A stretch of 64,000 nt of DNA from a virus, in the IMG/VR virus record IMGVR_UViG_3300045988_001753, positions 32,001 through 96,000 of that record; one strand, given 5' to 3'. The position numbers and the translations under genes were made by a program. This document shows, piece after piece, positions 35,767 through 43,816 of the stretch; position 1 is the first letter of the stretch, and each line of letters opens with the position of its first letter. Below the pieces are notes generated by a model. That model saw nothing but the letters and a program-made list of their open reading frames with translations. It did not search any database and was not told the DNA's origin.

Positions 35767-36474
35767 TTATTCTTTTCCTGTATTTGGAACCCTACTTATG
35801 ATGGCAAGTTTTACTGCTCTCTCAAGTATAGCTCTATGTATTACAGGGTTCAATTCACATTCTGTTTTTACACTTATGCCATTGATTGACAGATTATCTG
35901 TCAAATCAGTTAATATAATGGGAGCAGGTCTTGAAAGGTATCTAACAAGATAACTCTCCACATTATATTTTGATACTATCTCTACTACCTTACCACTCAA
36001 ATCAAGCCTTAAAGCTCTTCTTTCATTAGTACCCCTGAAAGGATTCTTTCTTATTCTATGGTACTCATCCTGAGTAATTGGTATTACAGAGATGTCTTCA
36101 CCACTCATACATCCTAATCCATCATCCTTCAAATTAACTGCTTCATAGGTTATGAACCATAAGTCATCAGGTAATTCAAAGAATACTGAGGATTTGGACA
36201 GTCCTGTATATCCTACTTTCTTATCAGTAGTTGTGTAAGTCTTTATTAGGTCACTCAAGTATCTTCTGATTTCCTCAGTCCTCTCAAATGAGTCTCCAAA
36301 TGGATTCTTACCATTATACATACCTATCACTATCTCTTCTTGAGCATTAGTGAGAAATACAGATTTCTCATATTCATCAAGCTCAACAGTGCTGGGTGTC
36401 TTTCCAAATGCCTCTATGGTAGAATAGCTATTCAGTAAGGTGTCAAACTCATTAGAAAATTCTTCAGTTGTCAT
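35767..36474 (-). CDS. head/connector-module protein, paralog B of a tandem pair
   Basis: 235 aa. The N-terminus MTTEEFSNEFDTLLNS...LDEYEKSVFLTNAQEEI and C-terminus ECELNPVIHRAILERAVKLA parallel the adjacent 244-aa protein. Confidence 0.55.
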   Translation of the reverse strand: MTTEEFSNEFDTLLNSYSTIEAFGKTPSTVELDEYEKSVFLTNAQEEIVIGMYNGKNPFGDSFERTEEIRRYLSDLIKTYTTTDKKVGYTGLSKSSVFFELPDDLWFITYEAVNLKDDGLGCMSGEDISVIPITQDEYHRIRKNPFRGTNERRALRLDLSGKVVEIVSKYNVESYLVRYLSRPAPIILTDLTDNLSINGISVKTECELNPVIHRAILERAVKLAIISRVPNTGKE

Positions 36475-37208
36475 TATTCACTTCTTTGACCAAGTTCTAC
36501 ACTACTCTTCAAGTCTCCTGTATAAGCAGACTTTGCAAGTTCTACTGCTCTTTGAAGAATTTCTGGGTGAAGAATAGGGTCTAATTCACATTCTGTGATA
36601 GTATTTATTCCTTCAATAGATACATTAGAATATTCATCAGCCAGATTTGCAAGTATAATAGGCTTTGGTCTTTTTACATATCTAATCTTGTAATCAGCCA
36701 AAGAACTATTATATTTAATAACCACCTCAGAAATAAAATCAACTCCACCAGTAGATTGGAATAGTCTCCAACCTTGATTCTTTAGGGGCTGCTTCCAAGG
36801 CTTAGACATAAGTCTTGCATACTCTTCATAATTCATAGGAATTATACTAATCAATCTCTTAACTCCATCTACAGTGTTAATACCTGTCTCATTCAACATA
36901 AGTAGAATGTCCTGTGGCATCTTGTAGAGTTGGCTTCTGTCATCAAACTTAACATAGCCTCCTTCAGGAGTATATTGTGATGGCTTAGCAACAGTTATTA
37001 GAGTAGAGAAATCTATCTGTCTCTTAGCATTCTCATCAAATCCCTGTCCATACTTATTACCCTTAGGATTGAAGTAATTCTTCAATATCTCCAATTGAGC
37101 CTTAGTTAGGAAGACAGACTTCTCATACTCATCAAGACCTGGAGCCTGATTGCTCATTATATTGTTATACAGAACATCAAATTCATTAGAAAATTCCTGT
37201 GTTGTCAT
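36474..37208 (-). CDS. head/connector-module protein, paralog A of a tandem pair
   Basis: 244 aa. MTTQEFSNEFDVLYNN...LDEYEKSVFLTKAQLEI and ECELDPILHPEILQRAVELA. Overlaps paralog B by 1 nt. Preceded by an A10 tract. Confidence 0.55.
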   Translation of the reverse strand: MTTQEFSNEFDVLYNNIMSNQAPGLDEYEKSVFLTKAQLEILKNYFNPKGNKYGQGFDENAKRQIDFSTLITVAKPSQYTPEGGYVKFDDRSQLYKMPQDILLMLNETGINTVDGVKRLISIIPMNYEEYARLMSKPWKQPLKNQGWRLFQSTGGVDFISEVVIKYNSSLADYKIRYVKRPKPIILANLADEYSNVSIEGINTITECELDPILHPEILQRAVELAKSAYTGDLKSSVELGQRSE

Positions 37209-37223
37209 ACTCTTTTTTTTTTC

Positions 37224-38246
37224 CTACTTCAGCTTAGCTTCCAAAGCAAACTTAACTTCTTGATGCTTAGGAGAGTTTAAGTATTTAGCTGCTACATTCA
37301 ATGTAGGCTCTTCATTAGCCTCACAAAGTGGAGTATTATCCTTTCTCAAGTATAGGTAATTACCCCTATTAGAAATCAGACCTGCCTCTATAGCTCTCTT
37401 GATAAGAACCTTTGTAGAAAGCATTGGGTCAGTAATAACCTTCAAGAATATCTTGCTATCAGCCTGTATCAAGCTATTAACCTTAGTCTGTAAGAACTCA
37501 AGTTTAGCAGTCTGTGATGTAGGTCTACCATCAATGGTCTCAACAATAACTCTTAATGTATCAACATCATCCTCAATCTTACCAAACTCTTTATAGCACA
37601 TCATTGTAGTGCTCATATTATTCTTAGCAACCTTAGTCTCTTCACCCTCAGAAATGATAACAAACTGGTAAGTAGCCTTAGGAGTATCTTGCAATGCTTG
37701 CAATGAAGGAGCAATATAATCCTTGTTGGCTAATAGTATCTTATATCTGATATAATCCTCTGGGTCAGATAGATTGAAGTAGTTATCCTGCTTTGTCAAT
37801 CTTACCTTATTGATACCATTCTCATTGGAATCATCCCAAAAGTTATCTACCTTCTTATAGATACTTAGTGCATTATATTCAAGACCCATTATTTCCTCAA
37901 GAAATGCCTTTTCCTTGTCTGTAAGGACATTAACAAACATACCTGAAGATAATCTTGGTACTACAAATGTTCTAACTGCACCTTCTGCCATACCTCCTGA
38001 CAATACATGCTTAGGGTTATTACCCCACATACCTGTCAGCTTAGGCACATGTCTTACAATAATTCTCTCATTTCTCAGACAACTAACTAAGGCATCATCA
38101 GATACCTCTACTTTCTTTTGTGTCTTCTTAGGGCTTTTTACAGTAGCCTCTTCTTTTGGTACTTCCTGAAGTGGAGTCTCTGTATTGTCTATATCAAAGT
38201 CAGGTACAGTATAATCCACCTTCTCTTCCATTTTCTTTTCTGCCAT
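37224..38246 (-). CDS. hypothetical head-module protein
   Basis: 340-aa ORF directly downstream of the putative MCP and its terminator. Confidence 0.5.
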   Translation of the reverse strand: MAEKKMEEKVDYTVPDFDIDNTETPLQEVPKEEATVKSPKKTQKKVEVSDDALVSCLRNERIIVRHVPKLTGMWGNNPKHVLSGGMAEGAVRTFVVPRLSSGMFVNVLTDKEKAFLEEIMGLEYNALSIYKKVDNFWDDSNENGINKVRLTKQDNYFNLSDPEDYIRYKILLANKDYIAPSLQALQDTPKATYQFVIISEGEETKVAKNNMSTTMMCYKEFGKIEDDVDTLRVIVETIDGRPTSQTAKLEFLQTKVNSLIQADSKIFLKVITDPMLSTKVLIKRAIEAGLISNRGNYLYLRKDNTPLCEANEEPTLNVAAKYLNSPKHQEVKFALEAKLK

Positions 38247-38265
38247 ATCTTCTCCTTAACTTTTT

Positions 38266-38306
38266 GAAATAAAATAAGGGAAGTAGGAGCTTATCCTACT
38301 CCCCTT
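38266..38306 (-). terminator. rho-independent terminator after the putative MCP
   Basis: Minus strand stem AAGGGGAGTAGGA / TCCTACTTCCCTT with a 5-nt loop, followed by ATTTTATTT. Confidence 0.8.
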
Positions 38307-38312
38307 TTATCA

Positions 38313-39824
38313 TTAGCCCTGTAGAATTGCAGGGATTAGTGACATAGTTCTTGTTGGGTCAAGAACACAGATACCAAGAGTAGCCATTCTGTGAATTACA
38401 GCAGAATCCTCATCAAATGACATGTAAGGATTACCCTTTTGACCTGTGAATGGGTTTCTTAGACCCCATTGATAACCTCTGTACTCATTGTCACCCTTAA
38501 TCTTACACTTAAAGATATTAGGTTGGTCCATAGTACCAATGTACATAATATCATATCTGTAAGAGAATGCAACACCTCCATTTGGATGGAGTATCTTGTT
38601 TCTTACTGGGTCATCATAGAATGGGTCTACATCAATCTTAACTCTAACACCATTAGGAGCCTTATACTCAACAAATTGGAAACCAGCACTCAATGAGTTT
38701 TGGTGCAACTTAGATTGAGTCTTTTGAATAACACCAATAGAGCTGTTGTCAAGAACAAATTGTGTCCAACCTGATACTGTCTTTAGTACTTCCTTGTGGA
38801 ATTGGATAGCACCTCTTTCACCAGTCTTAATCAAGAAGTATCTGTCTCCAAAGTCTAACTTAGAAGCAGAAAGCTCATATAGAGCATCTTCAAGAAGCTT
38901 CAAGCTGAATGTGTTGTAATACATAGTATTAGCAACTTCCATCTGCTCAAACAGACCAGCACCTGTCTTAATAACATTACCAGACTTACCAAAGTTCATG
39001 TACTCACCATTGGCATTTCTGTTGCTTCTACCAAATGCAAGTGCATTGTTCTTGTACTCAGAGAATTGCTGTTCTACTTCCCAATCTACATTGTGCATCC
39101 ACATTGTAGCAACTGACTTAGTATATCTACCCTCAGTTTCCTTAACAATAGGAATACCTACAGCCAGCTTCTTGTTCAGCATAGAACCTGGAACCTTGTG
39201 CTGGATTCTTACTACAGACCACTCATTTCTCATAGAAACAGGGCTTGTAAATCTTACATCACCAACCTTTCTTGAAAGTTCCTTCTCAACAAATGCAGCT
39301 TCAACTGAGAATCTCTCACCTGCAAGCAATCTTTCAGCAGGAACACCTGCTGTGTTACCACCAGCAAGCTCTACCTTATACACTGCATTAGTACCCTCCA
39401 TTCTTGGGTCTCCAAGTATTCTGAACTGATAGATTTCATTCAGATTACCTACAATGTATTCACCATCAGCAAACCAATCCTCAGGGAATACCAAATAGAA
39501 GGGAGCAGTGCCTACTCCAATCATACCACTGGCATCTGTAACAACAGTACCATTTTCATCTCTTGCCTCTACAAGAGGAATGTTTCTCCTTGAAGAACCA
39601 ATAACATCCCAGTAGTATTCATTATCATCCTCAAACTCTCTTGTTGGGAATTGATTTAGGAATGTGTCAAGTGTCTTTCCTCTGTAATAAGCCAACAGTT
39701 GCACCATTAGGTTTGTAGCCTTCTGTGGAGCTAACTGAAAGATAGAACCAAGGTGGTTTTCCTTAGTAAGACCCTTCCAGTGTTGGAAGCCTACCATTTG
39801 AAACTTACCTAATTTTCCAGCCAT
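38313..39824 (-). CDS. major capsid protein (putative)
   Basis: 503-aa ORF directly after an acidic scaffold-like gene and followed by a strong terminator. Size and position fit crAss-like HK97-fold MCPs. No motif-level proof. Confidence 0.65.
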   Translation of the reverse strand: MAGKLGKFQMVGFQHWKGLTKENHLGSIFQLAPQKATNLMVQLLAYYRGKTLDTFLNQFPTREFEDDNEYYWDVIGSSRRNIPLVEARDENGTVVTDASGMIGVGTAPFYLVFPEDWFADGEYIVGNLNEIYQFRILGDPRMEGTNAVYKVELAGGNTAGVPAERLLAGERFSVEAAFVEKELSRKVGDVRFTSPVSMRNEWSVVRIQHKVPGSMLNKKLAVGIPIVKETEGRYTKSVATMWMHNVDWEVEQQFSEYKNNALAFGRSNRNANGEYMNFGKSGNVIKTGAGLFEQMEVANTMYYNTFSLKLLEDALYELSASKLDFGDRYFLIKTGERGAIQFHKEVLKTVSGWTQFVLDNSSIGVIQKTQSKLHQNSLSAGFQFVEYKAPNGVRVKIDVDPFYDDPVRNKILHPNGGVAFSYRYDIMYIGTMDQPNIFKCKIKGDNEYRGYQWGLRNPFTGQKGNPYMSFDEDSAVIHRMATLGICVLDPTRTMSLIPAILQG

Positions 39825-39866
39825 AAATAATTTAATTTATCAGTTATTTTACTCTATACTATAGGC

Positions 39867-41033
39867 TTAGACATCAAGATTCCACCCTTTTCCTATGAAA
39901 GATTCAGGGTCCTCATCAACTCCACTGACAAACTTTAGATTACCATCTGAGGTTCTTGCTGTGTTGTTGAGAGTATGTTCCAGCTCTCTAAGACCTTTCT
40001 TTACTTCTTTCTTTACTTTACCTTTCACCAAACCATCAAGGTTCTTAAAGCCATCAGTTAGTGTGAAAAGTAACCCAATGTTCTTTAGGAAGTCTGTTCT
40101 GTTCTCCATCTCATACTTTTGGATGGCAGTAAAGTACTCTCCTGTCTCTGGGTCTTTATACACAGGCTTAGCTATGTTATCATAAATCTTCTGTCTTGTT
40201 GATTTATCTATTGATAAATCCCCAAACACATCCTTGTCATTAAGGATTGATGATTTAAGCTTTTCAGCCTGTTCCTTTCTTTCTTTCTCTTCCTGTTCTA
40301 CTTCTGACTTAGCCTCATTGACAAGCTCATCATACTTATCTTTGAAGAAGTCAATATTACTTTTCAAAGCCTCTTTTGCATCATCAATATCAGTACCAGC
40401 ATTGAAAGACTTTTGCACTTCTCTTGCAGCTCTTTCCTTACTATAACCTCTATTGATAAAGTCTTGATAAATCAGGTCTTTTCTAAGTTTTTCTCCCTTA
40501 TCACCTTCATCAGAGATATTCTCTTCCTTAATAGAATCAAGGAAGTTTATAGTATTCTCATACTTTCTAATCTCTGTAGGTTCAACTCCAGCATTCAAGG
40601 CTTCATCAATTCTTTTCTGTCTTTCATCAAGACCTGCCTTTATCTGTTGGTCAATTAAATCTCTAAAGTCTTCAGGGTCTTTAACCTTAGATAAGCCCTC
40701 ATCATCAAGGTCTGGGAAGATACCTTCCTCTTTCAAGGCTTTGGCAATGGAAGAGTAGAAGTTTTTGGGAGAAGTGCCATCCCCTTTAGGAGTGGTATCT
40801 TCCTTTTCCTCTGTATTTTCTTTTCCACTACCTACGCTCTCTGGTGTATCAGTAAATAAGTTATCTACATCAACAACCTCAGTAGTTTCTTCTTTATCCT
40901 TATCTGGCTCCTCCTCTTTCTTAGGAGGCTCCCCATTTGCAGGTGGGGTATCCTGTGTATCCTCATCTTCTACAAACAGATTCTCAATTTCCTCTGCTCC
41001 TAAGATGTTATCTAAGCTAAGTTCTTCTTCCAT
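39867..41033 (-). CDS. scaffolding protein (putative)
   Basis: 388 aa, very acidic with an E/D/K-rich coiled-coil composition. Immediately upstream of the putative MCP, with its own promoter. Confidence 0.55.
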   Translation of the reverse strand: MEEELSLDNILGAEEIENLFVEDEDTQDTPPANGEPPKKEEEPDKDKEETTEVVDVDNLFTDTPESVGSGKENTEEKEDTTPKGDGTSPKNFYSSIAKALKEEGIFPDLDDEGLSKVKDPEDFRDLIDQQIKAGLDERQKRIDEALNAGVEPTEIRKYENTINFLDSIKEENISDEGDKGEKLRKDLIYQDFINRGYSKERAAREVQKSFNAGTDIDDAKEALKSNIDFFKDKYDELVNEAKSEVEQEEKERKEQAEKLKSSILNDKDVFGDLSIDKSTRQKIYDNIAKPVYKDPETGEYFTAIQKYEMENRTDFLKNIGLLFTLTDGFKNLDGLVKGKVKKEVKKGLRELEHTLNNTARTSDGNLKFVSGVDEDPESFIGKGWNLDV

Positions 41034-41064
41034 ACTCTTCTACCTTTTTGTTCTTAAAACAGTG

Positions 41065-41095
41065 CAAAGGTAAGTAAAGTTTTGCATATCTACAA
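41065..41095 (-). promoter_or_regulatory. Bacteroidota-type promoter (TTG-N20-TAnnTTTG)
   Basis: Minus strand reads TTG-tagatatgcaaaactttact-TAccTTTG, ending 31 nt before ATG 41033. Confidence 0.7.
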
Positions 41096-41148
41096 CATGG
41101 TAAATAAATTGCTTTTACTTGTATAAGTAAAATACTTGCAATATGGAC

Positions 41149-41181
41149 AAAAAAGAAAGGGTAAGATTACCTCTTACCCTT
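41149..41181 (-). terminator. rho-independent terminator
   Basis: Minus strand stem AAGGGTAAGA / TCTTACCCTT with a 5-nt loop, followed by TCTTTTTTG. Lies 7 nt after the stop of the 123-aa gene. Confidence 0.75.
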
Positions 41182-41187
41182 ATCTTA

Positions 41188-41559
41188 TTAGTATTCTCCA
41201 AGATATTCTACTACCTTGTTTTCAGCTTTGCAATCTGCATCCTTAAACCAGAATACAATAGCAGATTCAACTATCTTCTGTTCTATACCATCACCAAACC
41301 AGTTCTTAAACAGTTCTGCATAGTCATGGTACTGAGAGTTGATTGCAACATATACATCAGCAACTGTAGCAGATGTAGGGAGTATTCCCCTATATCTCTC
41401 ACAAATCTCTTTTGCCTTGTGCATATCAAACTTCTCACCACTGTACTTTCTGCCATTCTCAGTATGATACATATCAGCTACAAGATACTTAGCCTCAGAT
41501 TCAGTGAAGTGCTCTCCACTCATTGAATTTCTCATTGAGTTTCTCATGTATCTCATCAT
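41188..41559 (-). CDS. hypothetical protein
   Basis: 123-aa ORF. Chosen over the antisense ORF 41143-41526 because it fits operon polarity and the terminator at 41149-41181. Confidence 0.55.
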   Translation of the reverse strand: MMRYMRNSMRNSMSGEHFTESEAKYLVADMYHTENGRKYSGEKFDMHKAKEICERYRGILPTSATVADVYVAINSQYHDYAELFKNWFGDGIEQKIVESAIVFWFKDADCKAENKVVEYLGEY

Positions 41560-41563
41560 CCTA

Positions 41564-41815
41564 TCAACTTAATTCTTTGAAACCTATCTCATGCTTACCT
41601 CTTGGTAATTTTCCTTCTCTAACATAGTTATCAAAAGTTGCTCTACTGACATTCAAATATTCACAAGCTGCATACTTGCTTAATCTCTTCTCCTTATCAG
41701 TAAACCTCTTCAAACTATCTACTATTTCTATAGCTTCTCCCTCAGATATATTTGAATTGCCTGCATCAATATCATCTACTATCTTTAATAGTAGGCTTCT
41801 TATGACTCTTAACAT
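41564..41815 (-). CDS. small HTH DNA-binding protein (excisionase/MerR-like HTH)
   Basis: 83 aa. LSKYAACEYLNVSRATFDNYVREGKLPRGK matches the Xis/AlpA-type helix-turn-helix pattern (yLgvSr.T..rwv..G.lP). Confidence 0.55.
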   Translation of the reverse strand: MLRVIRSLLLKIVDDIDAGNSNISEGEAIEIVDSLKRFTDKEKRLSKYAACEYLNVSRATFDNYVREGKLPRGKHEIGFKELS

Positions 41816-42176
41816 ATAAATACAATATTACAAACAGGAATAATCCTGTTATAGTTCCATGAATCATCAACAGCTCTAAGTCCTCAATTGGAATACCTAC
41901 ATAGTAATCAATTATGTTTATTATATCAGTTACCAAGATATAATGTAAGAACATCTTGTGATATAAACAAAACCTAAATACTGTTGCAGATAAATACATA
42001 AATATCCAAGGCAATATAGACATTCCTGCCAGATTGCTCAATACAGGAATGTCTATATAAAAGTAGGATAAAGCTGTGTTTAGTACATATACTAATGATA
42101 TTAACATAGGTATGTATTTAAGCATTAGTATAAGTAACTTGTACATACTTTTATTTAAGTTTTCCTCCACAGCCAT
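41772..42176 (-). CDS. multi-pass membrane protein (holin candidate)
   Basis: 134 aa with about 4 hydrophobic helices and a basic C-terminus (KSHKKPTIKDSR). Located in the lysis cluster. Confidence 0.45.
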   Translation of the reverse strand: MAVEENLNKSMYKLLILMLKYIPMLISLVYVLNTALSYFYIDIPVLSNLAGMSILPWIFMYLSATVFRFCLYHKMFLHYILVTDIINIIDYYVGIPIEDLELLMIHGTITGLFLFVILYLYVKSHKKPTIKDSR

Positions 42177-42312
42177 ACCTTGTTCTCTTGATACCAGCCT
42201 TTGGTGACATTGGCTTTGGTCTTCTCTTTCCTCTTGCCATAATTTTACACTTTTAGTTATTTACCTTTCTTACCTTTACCTTTTCCTTTACAACCACATT
42301 TCTTTGCCATAA

Positions 42313-42783
42313 CTATAGAATTTTAATGGTTATTTTTTCACCTTTATCATGCTTGTCTTTAAGGAGCTTGTATAGCTCTTTGAAAGTTTCTCTACTGTTT
42401 ATTACTTGACCCTTAACTTTATTGACACCTACTAATAGGCATCCTGCTGAGTCTTTGTCAGTATTACCAGCGTGAATAAGTATGCCTTCAAATCCCTTTA
42501 CATTAAGTAGTCTTGGCACTTTACCATTACATACTTGCTTGTAAAAACTATTAGTACAGTACTTAGGAGAAATGACATCTAAGGTAATCTCGTAAGTACC
42601 CTTTGGAATAGCTGTAATTGAAGGTTTCTTCAATTCTCTAATCTTGGCTATGCTCATAGAGTCATCTAACCCTCTATCAGCATCTTCAAGTACATTGCAA
42701 AACCACTTCCCATCAATAGTAAGATTACTTATGGTGTAGCTCTGCTTCTTCCATTTTCTGTCTACTATTAACTCCATGCTCAT
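42313..42783 (-). CDS. YkuD-fold (DUF5675-like) putative peptidoglycan L,D-peptidase, endolysin candidate
   Basis: 156 aa. The motif GILIHAGNTDKDSAGCLLVG fits the His...Ser-x-Gly-Cys catalytic pattern of L,D-transpeptidase-fold enzymes. Flanked by membrane proteins. Confidence 0.5.
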   Translation of the reverse strand: MSMELIVDRKWKKQSYTISNLTIDGKWFCNVLEDADRGLDDSMSIAKIRELKKPSITAIPKGTYEITLDVISPKYCTNSFYKQVCNGKVPRLLNVKGFEGILIHAGNTDKDSAGCLLVGVNKVKGQVINSRETFKELYKLLKDKHDKGEKITIKIL

Positions 42784-43102
42784 TAAAAAGGTTTAAGTTT
42801 CTCTTTCTCAATTGGCAGGTAAGGTCAGTACATATGGAACTCATAAGGTTAAACATCTGTTTCCTAAGCTCCCCCACTTCCTGCTCTAACTCTGCATTTC
42901 TTTTTAGCACCTCTTCCAACCTCTCTCTATTATCAGTAGAGAGCTTCTCATAAAAGTCTAATGATTCTTTCATGTTATTTATGAGGTTACTATCAACTTC
43001 ACTATCATACTTCTTTCTTGCAAAGAACCATGATGTCCAGCCACTGACTATTGTGGTAATAAGCCCTATACCTCCAGTGATTAGTATTCCTAAGTCAATC
43101 AT
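42725..43102 (-). CDS. N-terminally anchored coiled-coil membrane protein (holin/spanin-like)
   Basis: 125 aa. Single N-terminal TM segment (LGILITGGIGLITTIVSGWTSWFF) followed by a charged coiled coil. Confidence 0.45.
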   Translation of the reverse strand: MIDLGILITGGIGLITTIVSGWTSWFFARKKYDSEVDSNLINNMKESLDFYEKLSTDNRERLEEVLKRNAELEQEVGELRKQMFNLMSSICTDLTCQLRKRNLNLFNEHGVNSRQKMEEAELHHK

Positions 43103-43104
43103 AA

Positions 43105-43728
43105 TTATTCTACAATTTCAATGAATCTTTGTTGTTTGTTCTCAATATAAGGGTTCTTCTCCACAACATTCACTTCTACTACTTTATGCTTCTTTTGAAA
43201 TAGCCTGAGTAACCAACATTTCTTTGGGGGATTTATAGTCTCTTTCTTATAATCCACCATTATGTACTTCTCACTGACAAACTTAGGGTCTGTAGTGATT
43301 GTACTTGGGTATTTAAGCCCAAGCTTCATTTGATACCACTTATCTCCTACAAGTGTATCTATGTCTAATGTAGGTTCTCTGAACAGAGTATCTCTAAATA
43401 CTATTGTATCTTTCTTTGTAGCCTCAGATAAAAGATATTGCATCTGCCTCAAATTATCATCCTTTATCTTTAACTCCTTCCTGACATCATTCATCTTTTG
43501 CAAGATAGAGTCATTGTAGTAGTTAAGTTGCTCTACAGTAAATTTGAATACTCTATTCTCTTCTTTTAGGGAGGAGTTCTCAGCTATGAATGCCTTTTGA
43601 TTGGATATTGATACTGATATTTCCTCTTTAAGGTCTTGGTTTCTGTTGTACAATGTATATGTACTTACAGCAAGCAAGCTTATTAAAATGACTATCCCAA
43701 TTCTTATATATTTCTTTACCATAAGCAC
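43105..43728 (-). CDS. N-terminally anchored coiled-coil membrane protein (spanin-like)
   Basis: 207 aa. N-terminal TM segment (IRIGIVILISLLAVSTYTLY) followed by a coiled coil. First gene after promoter 43746-43776. Confidence 0.45.
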   Translation of the reverse strand: MLMVKKYIRIGIVILISLLAVSTYTLYNRNQDLKEEISVSISNQKAFIAENSSLKEENRVFKFTVEQLNYYNDSILQKMNDVRKELKIKDDNLRQMQYLLSEATKKDTIVFRDTLFREPTLDIDTLVGDKWYQMKLGLKYPSTITTDPKFVSEKYIMVDYKKETINPPKKCWLLRLFQKKHKVVEVNVVEKNPYIENKQQRFIEIVE

Positions 43729-43745
43729 ATACTTTTATCAGGGTG

Positions 43746-43776
43746 CAAATATATAAAAAATAAATCACCTATGCAA
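43746..43776 (-). promoter_or_regulatory. Bacteroidota-type promoter (TTG-N20-TAnnTTTG)
   Basis: Minus strand reads TTG-cataggtgatttatttttta-TAtaTTTG, ending 17 nt before ATG 43728. Overlaps the preceding terminator. Confidence 0.65.
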
Positions 43777-43795
43777 TAGCATAAGTGATTTATTT
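43755..43795 (-). terminator. rho-independent terminator after the tail-fibre genes
   Basis: Minus strand stem AAATAAATCAC / GTGATTTATTT followed by TTTTT. Confidence 0.75.
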
Positions 43796-43816
43796 CTAAT
43801 AATCAGATATTTTAGT

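Noticed and set aside
41143-41526. 127-aa + strand ORF opposite the 123-aa minus-strand gene.
   Set aside because: Its start lies inside the minus-strand terminator at 41149-41181, it is the only + strand candidate within a 43-kb minus-strand block, and its sequence is hydrophobic low-complexity. The minus-strand ORF fits operon polarity.
41564-41815. Excisionase-like HTH as evidence of a temperate lifestyle.
   Set aside because: No integrase, recombinase, repressor/antirepressor pair or att-like site was seen. Small Xis/MerR-type HTH proteins are common regulators or packaging factors in virulent phages.
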